Shown one piece after another: positions 34,901 through 43,588 of a DNA stretch of 64,000 nucleotides (positions are counted from its first letter, which is position 1; each line of letters opens with the position of its first letter). Under the pieces are notes generated by a model. The model was given only the letters and a program-made list of their open reading frames with translations. It had not been told where the DNA came from and made no database searches. This DNA is from an uncultured Actinomycetes bacterium (GTDB taxonomy: Bacteria; Actinomycetota; Acidimicrobiia; IMCC26256; PALSA-555): contig CAIUKV010000251.1 of NCBI GenBank assembly GCA_903899845.1, forward strand, positions 82,026 through 146,025, given 5' to 3'. The position numbers and the translations under genes were made by a program.

Positions 34901-35826
34901 CCGAGCTCTCCGGCGAGGCGCGCGGCACGTGCGAACGGGGAGGCCACCTCGTCGACCACCTGCGCGGTGGCCCCGGTCCCGACGAGGCCGATCGCGTCGT
35001 AGAGGCGGGCCTCCGAGTGCCCGATGCCGTCGCCCGCGACGTGGGCGACGGCGTCGACGGCGATCCACTCGCCGACCGGCTCACGCAGGACGTACAGCGA
35101 GACGTCGGCGTTGATCGACGACCAGCGGTCGACCGGGAGGAAGTTCGCGGTCCCACTCGTGAAGTCGGCCATGGCGGCGAGGCGCTCGAACGGGGTCGCG
35201 GGCTCCCCCGCCACCACCGGGACGTGGAGGCGGAACCACGTGCACGCCGGCGCACCGAGGCCGAGGCCGCCGGTGACCCGGTGCATGTCGAGCGCGCGGA
35301 GGAACCCGGGCACGGGCAGGCCCGCCCGGGCCAGCACCGACTCGTCGGTCCCGGTGGGGGGCGGGGGCGGCGACTCGTCGGGGCGACGGGGGTGGTCGAG
35401 CGCGTCGGCGCTGTCGGCGACACGGATCCGCAGGGCGCAGGCCCGGGCCACTTCGGTGCCGTCGTGGAGGAGCGCCGCCTCGACCACCTGCACCCGCTTG
35501 CCCTCGCGCACGACCCGGGTCACCCCCTCGAGGCGGGCCACGGGCACCGCCCGCATCAGGTCGACGGTCAGGCGCCCGCACCGCATGGGCACCAGGGTCG
35601 GGACGCGCCCGACGAGGTGCGCGAGCAGGGCCGAGACCGGACCACCGTGCTGGTGCGCCGGGTTCCACGGCCCCTGGGTGAGGTGGGTCGCGACGTAGGC
35701 CGTCCCCTCCCGCACGAACAGGGCGTCGGTGCCGCCCGAGCCCGCCTGCCGGCCCGCCTGCCGGTCCGCCCGGTCGTCCGCCCGGTCGTCCGCCCGCTGG
35801 TCCGCCTGCTGGTCCGCCCCCACCAC
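34897..35826 (-). CDS. Thioesterase-like superfamily (TesB-like double hotdog) protein with repeat-encoded N-terminal extension
   Basis: ...THLTQGPWNPAHQHGGPVSALLA.... The N-terminal ADQQADQRADDRADDRADRQAGRQAG comes from a 12-bp tandem repeat. No ATG or GTG lies closer to the conserved core. Confidence 0.7.
   Translation of the reverse strand: MVGADQQADQRADDRADDRADRQAGRQAGSGGTDALFVREGTAYVATHLTQGPWNPAHQHGGPVSALLAHLVGRVPTLVPMRCGRLTVDLMRAVPVARLEGVTRVVREGKRVQVVEAALLHDGTEVARACALRIRVADSADALDHPRRPDESPPPPPTGTDESVLARAGLPVPGFLRALDMHRVTGGLGLGAPACTWFRLHVPVVAGEPATPFERLAAMADFTSGTANFLPVDRWSSINADVSLYVLREPVGEWIAVDAVAHVAGDGIGHSEARLYDAIGLVGTGATAQVVDEVASPFARAARLAGELG
35741..35820. repeat. Degenerate 12-bp tandem repeat, about 6.5 copies, in frame at the 5' end of CDS 34897-35826
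   Basis: CCCGCCTGCCGG x2, TCCGCCCGGTCG x2, TCCGCCCGCTGG, TCCGCCTGCTGG. Confidence 0.9.
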
Positions 35827-35902
35827 CGCTCCCCGTCGTCCGGCCCGCGCGCAGGATACGCGCGCCGCCGACCCCGGCCCGGCGACCCCGCCCCGCGCGA
35901 TC

Positions 35903-35908
35903 TAGGGT
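35903..35908 (+). promoter_or_regulatory. -10-like TAGGGT, 7 nt before ATG 35916
   Basis: TANNNT-N7-ATG. Confidence 0.45.
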
Positions 35909-35915
35909 GCGCGGG

Positions 35916-36941
35916 ATGCTGATCCCCGACCCGTCGGTCTTCGGCCCGGCCCGGCCGACCACCCCCGCCCCCGCCCGCCCGGCCGGGTCGGTCCGACGGA
36001 CCACGACCATCGACACCCACCGCCCCGAGGGACTCCTCGGCCCGCCCGTGGTCGAGGCCCGGGGTCGCGACCTCGTGACCCGCCCCGACGGCACGGTCGG
36101 CGCCGTGGCCGTGGCCCACGTCGCCGCCCGCCTCGACGGGCCCGCCCACACCCTCCTCACGATCGGGAGCGACCCCGAGGTCGCCGGTCTCGACGACCTG
36201 GTCGGCGCCACCGTCGGGCCGGGGTTCCGGGCCAAGGTCGACCGGGCCGCCCCTGCGCTGGTCGGCACCGGGGCGCTCGTGTACCTCCTGCTCGACGACC
36301 TGCCCGGCGCGACGCTGGTGTCGGGCTACGCCATGCTGCACGCGGGCCTGCTCGGCGACGCCGTGCCCGACGAGTACATGCTCGCCCGGGGCGACCTCTG
36401 CGCCGGCTGGGCGGTCGACGCGTCGATGATGACCCTGATCCGCGAGCACGGCGTGAACCCCACGCCCCTCGGGCCCGATGCGCCCCCGCTCACCGACGGC
36501 GACGACCTCGCCGTACACCCCGCCGAGGACCTCGGACCGTTCGGCATGCGGCGGTTCCGCCGGCTCGACGTGGTGGCGCCCGCCGCGCCAGGCGGCCACC
36601 AGACCGTCGCCGCGTTCTTCCGAGACTCCCACGTCGACGCCGACGGACGCGAGTCGATCGTGCACGAGTACCGGGTCGACGCGGTCCTCGACCCCGACGC
36701 CGAGACCCTCGTCGCCATCACCGCCACCGCCGACGTGCTGCCCTGGCGGGAGTGCCCGGGCGCGCTCGCCAGTGCCGAGCGCCTGGTCGGGCACCCCCTC
36801 GCCGACCTGCGCCCGTGGGTGCGCCGGACCTTCGTCGGCACGTCCACGTGCACGCACCTCAACGACGTGCTCCGGGGCCTCGCCGACCTCGGCCACCTCC
36901 GGGACCTGCTGGCCGCCGACGACGCGTCCGACGCGAGATAG
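35916..36941 (+). CDS. DUF2889 domain protein
   Basis: C-terminal ...LPWRECPGALASAERLVG...GTSTCTHLNDVLRGL. TAGGGT-N7-ATG 35916 (GTG 35907 alternative). Confidence 0.7.
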   Translation: MLIPDPSVFGPARPTTPAPARPAGSVRRTTTIDTHRPEGLLGPPVVEARGRDLVTRPDGTVGAVAVAHVAARLDGPAHTLLTIGSDPEVAGLDDLVGATVGPGFRAKVDRAAPALVGTGALVYLLLDDLPGATLVSGYAMLHAGLLGDAVPDEYMLARGDLCAGWAVDASMMTLIREHGVNPTPLGPDAPPLTDGDDLAVHPAEDLGPFGMRRFRRLDVVAPAAPGGHQTVAAFFRDSHVDADGRESIVHEYRVDAVLDPDAETLVAITATADVLPWRECPGALASAERLVGHPLADLRPWVRRTFVGTSTCTHLNDVLRGLADLGHLRDLLAADDASDAR

Positions 36942-36944
36942 GTT
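36939..36944 (+). promoter_or_regulatory. -10-like TAGGTT, 6 nt before GTG 36951. Its TAG is the stop codon of the DUF2889 gene.
   Basis: TANNNT-N6-GTG. Confidence 0.4.
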
Positions 36945-36950
36945 CCGGCC

Positions 36951-37751
36951 GTGCGGTTCACCGGCAAGGTCGCGATCGTCACCGGTGCCGGCTCCGGCAT
37001 CGGGGCCGCCACCGCCCGCCTGCTCGCCGGCGAGGGCGCCGCGGTCACCGTCGCCGACCTCGACCCCGCCGCCGCGGCGGCCGTGGTCGCCGAGATCGTC
37101 GACGTCGGGGGGACGGCGCGGGCCCAGACCGTCGACGTCGCCGACCCCGAGGCGGTCGCGGCCGTGGTCGCCGACACCGTGGCCGCGTTCGGCGGCCTCG
37201 ACGTGCTGCACAACAACGCGGCGACGATCGCGGACAACGCCCGGGACCAGGACGTCGTCACCGGCGACCTCGAGACCTGGCACCGGGTGCTCGACGTCAA
37301 CCTGACCGGGGTGATGCTCGGGTGCCGGTTCGCCATCCCGGCCCTCCTCGAACGGGGCGGCGGTGCGATCGTCAACACCGCCTCGGCCGCCGCCTTCTAC
37401 GGCAGCCGCACCATGGCGGCCTACGGCGTCTCCAAGGCCGGGGTGGTGGCGCTCACGCGCTACGTCGCCACCGCCTACGCCGACCGGGGCATCCGGGTCA
37501 ACGCGGTGGCGCCCGGCGTGGTGGTGCCCCGGGCCCGCCAGGACGCCGACGCCGCGTCCCCCGCACCGCGGCTCGCGCCCTACGTGGCCGGGCACCCGGT
37601 GGGACGACTCGGCTACCCGGAGGAGATCGCCGCCGCGGTCGCCTACCTCGCGTCCGACGACGCCGCGTTCGTGACCGGCGAGTGCCTCCGCGTCGACGGC
37701 GGGCTGACGGTCCCGTCGACACTGCACCGCGGCGACCGACCGGGGGGCTGA
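36951..37751 (+). CDS. SDR-family oxidoreductase
   Basis: KVAIVTGAGSGIGAA (TGxxxGxG), NNAA, Y-x3-K (AAYGVSKAG). Confidence 0.9.
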   Translation: MRFTGKVAIVTGAGSGIGAATARLLAGEGAAVTVADLDPAAAAAVVAEIVDVGGTARAQTVDVADPEAVAAVVADTVAAFGGLDVLHNNAATIADNARDQDVVTGDLETWHRVLDVNLTGVMLGCRFAIPALLERGGGAIVNTASAAAFYGSRTMAAYGVSKAGVVALTRYVATAYADRGIRVNAVAPGVVVPRARQDADAASPAPRLAPYVAGHPVGRLGYPEEIAAAVAYLASDDAAFVTGECLRVDGGLTVPSTLHRGDRPGG

Positions 37752-37780
37752 CCCATCGGGGCGCAGGCCCCCGGGCGCGC

Positions 37781-37786
37781 TACCGT
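37781..37786 (+). promoter_or_regulatory. -10-like TACCGT, 6 nt before ATG 37793
   Basis: TANNNT-N6-ATG. Confidence 0.4.
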
Positions 37787-37792
37787 CGGCAC

Positions 37793-39028
37793 ATGGCCGA
37801 CCTCCCGCCGCCCACCCCCGGAGCCCCCGCGGCGCCCATGCGCTTCGGCGTGTTCATGGCACCGTTCCACCCGCTCCCCTCGAACCCCACGCTGGCACTG
37901 CAGCAGGACCTGCAGGTCGCGACCCACCTCGACGCCCTGGGCTTCGACGAGCTGTGGGTCGGGGAGCACCACTCGGGCGGGCTCGAGACCATCGCGTCGC
38001 CCGAGGTGTTCCTGGCCGTGGCCGCCGAGCGCACGACGCGCATCCGCCTCGGCACGGGCGTGAGCTCGCTGCCCTACCACCACCCGTTCATCCTCCTCGA
38101 CCGGATGGTGCTCCTCGACCACCTGACCCGGGGTCGGGTCATGTTCGGGTGCGGCCCGGGCCAGCTCCCCTTCGACGCCCACGTGCTCGGGATCAACCCC
38201 GACGACCAGCGCCGGATGATGGAGGAGAGCCTCGACGTCATCATGGCGCTGCAGCGCAGCACCGAGCCGGTGACGGTGAAGACCGACTGGTTCACCATCC
38301 AGGACGCGGTGCTGCAACTGCGGCCGTACAGCCACCCCCACATCGAGATGGCGGTGGCCGGGTCGTTCTCGCCCGCCGGGCCGAAGCTGGCGGGCAAGCA
38401 CGGCATCGGTCTGCTGTCGATCAGCGCCACCTCCCCGGAGGGGTTCGAGCGCCTCGCCTCGCACTGGGAGGTCGCCACCACCGAGGCCGACCGCCACGGA
38501 CAGACCGTGTCGCGGCGCGACTGGCGTCTCCTCGGGCCGATGTTCCTCGCCGACACCGAGGCCGAGGCCCGCGCCGCGCTGCGCTTCGGGTACGAGCAGA
38601 TCTCCGACTACCTCACCCACGTGATGCCGGTGCCCCGCCCACCCGACATGAGCCTCGACGAGCGCATCGACGCGGCCAACGCGAGCGGCGCCGTCGTCAT
38701 CGGCACCGCCGACCGGGCGGTCGAGCAGATCCGGCGCCTGGTCGAGCAGTCCGGCGGGTTCGGCACCTTCCTGTGCAACGGGGGCTACTGGGCCGACACC
38801 GAGGCCACCATGCGCTCGTACCAGATCTTCGCCGAGCAGGTGATGCCGCACTTCAACGGCCAGCTCGCCGCCCCGACCCGCTCCTACGAGTGGACGATGG
38901 GCGACGACAAGGACTGGGACGGCCAGGCCCGGCGGGCGGTGGCCAAGGCGATGCAGGACTACGCCAAGGAGAACCCCGACTACGTGGCCAAGGCGCCCGC
39001 CACCCCGAGCGCCCCCACCGGCCTCTGA
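37793..39028 (+). CDS. LLM-class flavin-dependent monooxygenase (LimB-like, 411 aa)
   Basis: MRFGVFMAPFH...GFDELWVGEHHSGG...LLDHLTRGRVMFGCGPG. TACCGT-N6-ATG. Confidence 0.85.
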   Translation: MADLPPPTPGAPAAPMRFGVFMAPFHPLPSNPTLALQQDLQVATHLDALGFDELWVGEHHSGGLETIASPEVFLAVAAERTTRIRLGTGVSSLPYHHPFILLDRMVLLDHLTRGRVMFGCGPGQLPFDAHVLGINPDDQRRMMEESLDVIMALQRSTEPVTVKTDWFTIQDAVLQLRPYSHPHIEMAVAGSFSPAGPKLAGKHGIGLLSISATSPEGFERLASHWEVATTEADRHGQTVSRRDWRLLGPMFLADTEAEARAALRFGYEQISDYLTHVMPVPRPPDMSLDERIDAANASGAVVIGTADRAVEQIRRLVEQSGGFGTFLCNGGYWADTEATMRSYQIFAEQVMPHFNGQLAAPTRSYEWTMGDDKDWDGQARRAVAKAMQDYAKENPDYVAKAPATPSAPTGL

Positions 39029-39074
39029 TCCGGACGCGGCCGGCCCGCCACCGGCCCGGGGCCGGGGGCGCGGG

Positions 39075-40322
39075 TCAGGGCAGCTGCAGGTCCGCGGGCA
39101 CCGGGTGGCGGAACAGCTCCGAGGCGTTCTGCCAGGTGATCCGGCGCACCTCGTCGGGCGTGAGGTCGGCGAGGCCCCGCCGGGCGTTCGCCTGGGTGTC
39201 GGGCCAGGTCGAGTCGGCGTGCGGGTAGTCGCTCTCGATCATGATGTGGTCGATCCCGAGCCGGTCGCGCAGGGCGAGCGTCGGCGGGATGTCGATCGTG
39301 CAGAACCAGAAGTTCCGGCGCATCACGTCGGCGGGCGACAGGTCGGGGTCCTTCCAGGCCGAGTACCCGGAGCCCGAGTGGTCCATGACCCACTCGACCC
39401 GGTCCATGAGCACGATCGCCCAGGCCAGGCCTCCCTCGGAGAACGCGAGCTTGATGTCGGGGAAGCGCACCGGGACCTGCGCCCACAGCCAGTCGGCCGC
39501 GGTGGCCAGCGGGTTCGCGGTGAACAGGGTGCTGTAGAGCTCGAGCGGCGCGCCCGGCGACCGGGCGGCCGACCACCGCGACGAGCCGTTGTGCAGGCAG
39601 ATGACGGTCCCGGTCTCCTCGCAGGCCCGCAGGAACGGGTCCCAGTGGTCGGTGTGCATCGACGGCAGGCCGAGGTCGACCGGGTTCTCGGCCATGCTCA
39701 CCGCCTTGAACCCGCGGGTCGCGTTCTCACGGATCATCGCCGCTGCGATCTCGGGGTCCGAGAGCCACGGGATCTGCAGCGGGATGATCCGATCGGGGTG
39801 CGGCCCGGCCCACTCCTCGATGTGCCAGTCGTTCCAGGCGCGCACGCACGCCAGCCCGAGCTCCTGATCCTTGCTCTGGGAGAAGACCGTGCCCGCGAAG
39901 CCCGCGATGAGCGACGGGAAGCACAGGGAGGCCTGCACGCCGTCGAGGTCCATGTCGGCCACCCGGGCCTCGACGTCCCAGCAGCCCCGGCGCATCTCGT
40001 CGAAGCGGGCGGGCTCCATGTTCCACTGGTCCTTGGGCCGACCGGAGATCGCGTTGAGGCCGATCTGGGGGTACAGCACGTCCTCGTACGCCCACAGCTC
40101 CTGGCCGGCGTCGTTGGTGATCACCCGCGGCGCGGCGTCGGCGAGGTGCGCGGGCATGCGTCCCTCGAACAGGTGCCGGGGCTCGACCAGGTGGTCGTCG
40201 ACCGAGATGATCGTGTAGGTGCGCGCCCGGGGCTCGGGGTCGGGCAGGAGCGCGGGCGAGCCCTCGGCGCGGGGCCGGGACTGCTCGACCCACGGGTGGG
40301 CGGGTTCGCGGACGGTCGTCAT
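39075..40322 (-). CDS. Amidohydrolase_2 (PF04909) family protein (close paralog of 30625-31854)
   Basis: IISVDDHLVEPRHLF...CLHNGSS...MIESDYPHADSTWP. Confidence 0.85.
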   Translation of the reverse strand: MTTVREPAHPWVEQSRPRAEGSPALLPDPEPRARTYTIISVDDHLVEPRHLFEGRMPAHLADAAPRVITNDAGQELWAYEDVLYPQIGLNAISGRPKDQWNMEPARFDEMRRGCWDVEARVADMDLDGVQASLCFPSLIAGFAGTVFSQSKDQELGLACVRAWNDWHIEEWAGPHPDRIIPLQIPWLSDPEIAAAMIRENATRGFKAVSMAENPVDLGLPSMHTDHWDPFLRACEETGTVICLHNGSSRWSAARSPGAPLELYSTLFTANPLATAADWLWAQVPVRFPDIKLAFSEGGLAWAIVLMDRVEWVMDHSGSGYSAWKDPDLSPADVMRRNFWFCTIDIPPTLALRDRLGIDHIMIESDYPHADSTWPDTQANARRGLADLTPDEVRRITWQNASELFRHPVPADLQLP

Positions 40323-40412
40323 CGGGTCCCCCAGGGCGGTCCGGGTCGGCCACCCGTGCCGGCGGCCGACGCTGCGTCCTAGATTGCCACCCCGACGGGA
40401 GGAGGGCCAGCG

Positions 40413-41228
40413 ATGGTGGACGGCACGCACGTCGAGCTCGGGCACGCGCTGATCACCCTGGTCGAGCCGACCCGCGACCCGGAGCGCCTGGCCGAGTACC
40501 ACCGGTGGTACGAGCACGACCACGCCATCGCCGGGGTCCGGGAGGGCGTCGGCGCCTTCGCCTACCGCCGATTCGTCGCGACCCACGACCTCAAGGCGCT
40601 GCGCCACGCCACCCGGCCCACCGTGGCCGACCCGCTCGGCACCGGCACGTTCCTCGCGGTCTACTGGTTCGTCGCCGGCTCGGTCGCCGCGCACTACGCG
40701 TGGGCGTTCCCGCGCACCCAGGCGCTCGCCGAGCAGGGCCGGATGAACGCCGACCGCACCCATGTCTCCACCTCGCTCCACGACGTGCACGGCGGCGGCG
40801 CACGTCCCGGGTGGCCGGTGCCCGCCGAGCTCGCGCTCGACCACCCCTACGGCGGACTCGTCGCCACCTGGCTCGAACGTGCGCCTGGCGCCCCGCTCGC
40901 CGAGAGCGTGGCCTGGGCTCGCGACGTGTGGGTGCCCGACGCGTGCGCCGACGGCGGCCCGGTGGCCCAGGCCGTGGTCACCACCCCCCGCGACTACCCG
41001 GGCGTCGCGGGCTCGGGCGCCGGGGTGGGCGAGCAGGTCTGCGTCCTGTGGTTCCTCCACGACGACCCGCGCGCCGACTGGTCGACGACCGCGGCCCGGC
41101 TCCTGGCCCCGTGGGACTCCGACCCGGGCGGGAGCCGCCCCGACCTCGCCTTCCTCGGACCGTTCGTCCCCGTGGTGCCCGGCACGACCACCCACCTCGA
41201 CGCGCTCTGGGGTCCCGCGGATGCCTGA
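40413..41228 (+). CDS. Conserved hypothetical protein (family not recognised)
   Basis: GC3-rich frame. GGGAGGAGGG SD sequence. 8-nt overlap with the downstream LLM gene. LAEYHRWYEHDH resembles the FHRWY motif of 28132-29187. Confidence 0.55.
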   Translation: MVDGTHVELGHALITLVEPTRDPERLAEYHRWYEHDHAIAGVREGVGAFAYRRFVATHDLKALRHATRPTVADPLGTGTFLAVYWFVAGSVAAHYAWAFPRTQALAEQGRMNADRTHVSTSLHDVHGGGARPGWPVPAELALDHPYGGLVATWLERAPGAPLAESVAWARDVWVPDACADGGPVAQAVVTTPRDYPGVAGSGAGVGEQVCVLWFLHDDPRADWSTTAARLLAPWDSDPGGSRPDLAFLGPFVPVVPGTTTHLDALWGPADA

Positions 41229-42162
41229 CGATCCGATCCGGGTCGGGATCTACGTGCCCCAGCTCCAGTTCACGTACGACGACCTCGTGGCACGCGCCCG
41301 CGTCTGCGACGAGCTCGGGTTCGACTCGTTCTGGCTGTTCGACCACCTCTACGGCGCGATGCTGCCCGACCTCCCGGCGTTCGAGGGCTGGACCCTCGCG
41401 ACCGCCCTGCTCACCGAGACCACCCGCCTGCGGATCGGGCACATGGTCCTGTGCGCCACATTCCGGCACCCCGCCCTCCTCGGCAAGATGGCCACCACGC
41501 TCGACGTGATCTCGGGGGGCCGCCTCAACCTCGGGCTCGGCAGCGGATCGGTCGAGCGCGAGCACCGCGAGGCCGGGATCCCCTGGGGCACCCTCGCCGA
41601 GCGCACCGAGATCCTCGAGGAGACGCTCGAGATCGTGACCCGCATGTTCGCGGGGCCCCGCACCACGTTCGCCGGCCGCCACTTCTCGGTCGACGACCTC
41701 CCCAACCTGCCGCCGCCCGTGCAGGTGCCGCGCCCGCCGATCTACGTCGGCGGCGTCGGGGAGCGGTTCACCCTTCCGCTCGTGGCGCGCTTCGCCGACG
41801 TGTGGAACGTGCCGACGTACGCGCTCGACGCGCTCCCCGGGAAGGCGGCCGCGCTCGACCGGGCCTGTGCGGCGGTCGGGCGCGATCCCGCCACGATCCG
41901 ACGGTCGCTCGAGGCCGTGGCCGTGGTCGGCGCCGACGACGCGGCGGTCGCCGACGCGCTCCCCGCCGCCGAACGCCGGTTCGGCGGGGCGGGCTTCGGC
42001 CTGCACGCCGGGGGCTACATCGGCACGCCGGCCGCGATCGCCGACCGCATCCTCACCCACCGCGAGCTCGGGTTCACCGAGTTCGTGCTCTTCTGCGCCG
42101 ACCGGGCCGCCCGCCCCACCCTCGAGCTGCTCGCCGAGGGCGTGCTCCCCCGCCTGCGCTGA
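41221..42162 (+). CDS. LLM-class F420-dependent oxidoreductase
   Basis: IRVGIYVPQ...GFDSFWLFDHL...TLDVISGGRLNLGLGSG. Confidence 0.85.
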   Translation: MPDDPIRVGIYVPQLQFTYDDLVARARVCDELGFDSFWLFDHLYGAMLPDLPAFEGWTLATALLTETTRLRIGHMVLCATFRHPALLGKMATTLDVISGGRLNLGLGSGSVEREHREAGIPWGTLAERTEILEETLEIVTRMFAGPRTTFAGRHFSVDDLPNLPPPVQVPRPPIYVGGVGERFTLPLVARFADVWNVPTYALDALPGKAAALDRACAAVGRDPATIRRSLEAVAVVGADDAAVADALPAAERRFGGAGFGLHAGGYIGTPAAIADRILTHRELGFTEFVLFCADRAARPTLELLAEGVLPRLR

Positions 42163-42193
42163 CACGGGCGGTCCGACGGAGGGGGCCGGGGCG

Positions 42194-42199
42194 TAGGGT
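42194..42199 (+). promoter_or_regulatory. -10-like TAGGGT, 6 nt before GTG 42206 (nei)
   Basis: TANNNT-N6-GTG. Confidence 0.45.
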
Positions 42200-42205
42200 C
42201 GTGCC

Positions 42206-42970
42206 GTGCCCGAGGGCGACACCATCGCGAACGCCGCGGCCCGCCTCCGCCCGGCCCTGGTCGGCCGCGAGGTCCGAGCCTGCCGGATCCCCCGGTGGAG
42301 CGGCCCGGTGCCCGAGCCGGGCGAGCGGGTCGAGGCCGTGCGGGCCGTGGGCAAGCACCTGCTCGTGGACTTCTCCGGCGGCCTCACCCTCCGCACCCAC
42401 CTGCGGATGAGCGGCCGGTGGGACGTCTACCCGGTGGGGGCGCCGTGGCGTCGGCGCCCGAGCGCGGCCCGGGTCGTGCTCGAGGTGCCCGACTGGGTGG
42501 CGGTGTGCTTCTCCGCCCCCGACGTCGCGGTGTCCCGTCGGGGCCGGGTGGCAACCGGCCACCTCGGGCCCGATCTCGCCGGGCCCGATCCCGACCTCGC
42601 CGACGTCGTGGCGCGCGCCGTCGCCCGGGCCGACGCCCGGACCCCGGTCGTCGACCTCCTGCTCGACCAGCGGGTCGCGGCCGGCATCGGCAACGTGTTC
42701 AAGTCCGAGACGCTGTTCCTCGAGGGGCTCGACCCCCGCACCCCGGTCGCGGCGCTCGACCCCGAGCGCCTCACCGCGCTCTTCGACCGGGCCCACCGCC
42801 TGCTACGCGCCAACCTGCGGCCCGGACCCCGGCGCACGGTGCCCGAGGGCCTCGCGGTCTACGGGCGGGCCGGCCGGCCGTGCCGGCGGTGCCGCACGCG
42901 GGTCGAGCGGTTCGTGCACGGGGAGCCGCCCCGGTCGACCTACTGGTGCCCCACCTGCCAGTCCGCCTGA
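42206..42970 (+). CDS. nei: Fpg/Nei-family DNA glycosylase (endonuclease VIII-like)
   Basis: N-terminal (M)PEGDT with catalytic Pro2/Glu3, GIGNVFKSE H2TH motif, C-terminal CRRC...CPTC zinc finger. TAGGGT-N6-GTG. Confidence 0.85.
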   Translation: MPEGDTIANAAARLRPALVGREVRACRIPRWSGPVPEPGERVEAVRAVGKHLLVDFSGGLTLRTHLRMSGRWDVYPVGAPWRRRPSAARVVLEVPDWVAVCFSAPDVAVSRRGRVATGHLGPDLAGPDPDLADVVARAVARADARTPVVDLLLDQRVAAGIGNVFKSETLFLEGLDPRTPVAALDPERLTALFDRAHRLLRANLRPGPRRTVPEGLAVYGRAGRPCRRCRTRVERFVHGEPPRSTYWCPTCQSA

Positions 42971-42986
42971 GGCGGGACGGCCCGGG

Positions 42987-43448
42987 TCAGCCCTGGGCGG
43001 CGACGGCCTTGGCGACCAGCTCGAGCAGCGTCCGGCGCTCCGGGCCGCGCAGCGGCTCCAGCACGACCGCCTCGGCCTCGGCCGCCACCGCGTCGAAGCG
43101 CCCCAGGACCCGCCGACCCTCGGGCGTGATCGTCAGCTGGTAGCGCCGACGGTCGACCGGGTCCCGGCGTCGCTCCACCCAGCCCTGGCGCTCGATGAGG
43201 TCCATGTGGTCGACCATGTCGGAGGGGTGCACGCCCAGCACGTCGCAGACCTCACGCTGGGAGACCGGTCCCCGCTGCCCGACCACGTTGAGCACGCCGT
43301 AGGTCGCGGGCTTGGCCCCGCTCTCCACCACCCAGGGCTGGCGGCCGAGCAGGTCCGTGAACGTGCGCCGGTACAGCCCCACCAGGCGCACCAGCGCGGT
43401 GAGGTTGTCGTGGGTGACGTCGAGGGTGGTGGCCCCGCCGGACTCCAT
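42987..43448 (-). CDS. MarR-family transcriptional regulator
   Basis: VSQREVCDVLGVHPSDMVDHMDLIERQGWVERRRDPVDRRRYQLTITPEG (winged HTH). TATGCT-N6-ATG. Confidence 0.85.
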   Translation of the reverse strand: MESGGATTLDVTHDNLTALVRLVGLYRRTFTDLLGRQPWVVESGAKPATYGVLNVVGQRGPVSQREVCDVLGVHPSDMVDHMDLIERQGWVERRRDPVDRRRYQLTITPEGRRVLGRFDAVAAEAEAVVLEPLRGPERRTLLELVAKAVAAQG

Positions 43449-43454
43449 GGACAC

Positions 43455-43460
43455 AGCATA
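43455..43460 (-). promoter_or_regulatory. -10-like TATGCT, 6 nt before ATG 43448 (marR)
   Basis: Minus strand reads TATGCT gtgtcc ATG. Confidence 0.5.
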
Positions 43461-43471
43461 CCGCAGTGCCG

Positions 43472-43515
43472 ACCAATCGTTTGGTAAACCTATCGTTCCC
43501 GCTACCATCGGTTGG
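43472..43515. promoter_or_regulatory. Two copies of the pseudo-palindrome ACCA(A)TCG(N)TTGG (43472-43485 and 43504-43515); candidate MarR operators
   Basis: ACCAATCGTTTGGT and ACCATCGGTTGG, 32 bp apart, in the marR/ABC divergent region. The second overlaps a TACCAT -10-like box. Confidence 0.45.
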
Positions 43516-43588
43516 CAGCACCACTCGTTCCCCGTTCCCACGATCCCCGATCGGCCCCCATGCCCCGACCCGCCCCCCACCGACCCCG

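Noticed and set aside
35568-37727. 719-aa antisense ORF opposite the DUF2889 and SDR genes
   Set aside because: Same high-GC shadow-ORF reasoning. The sense-strand genes carry clear family motifs.
40413-41228. Treating this ORF as a shadow ORF
   Set aside because: It is retained as a CDS. It has a strong GGGAGGAGGG SD sequence, a GC3-rich frame, balanced amino-acid composition with Trp/Tyr/His/Phe, no competing gene on either strand, and an overlap junction with the downstream LLM gene.
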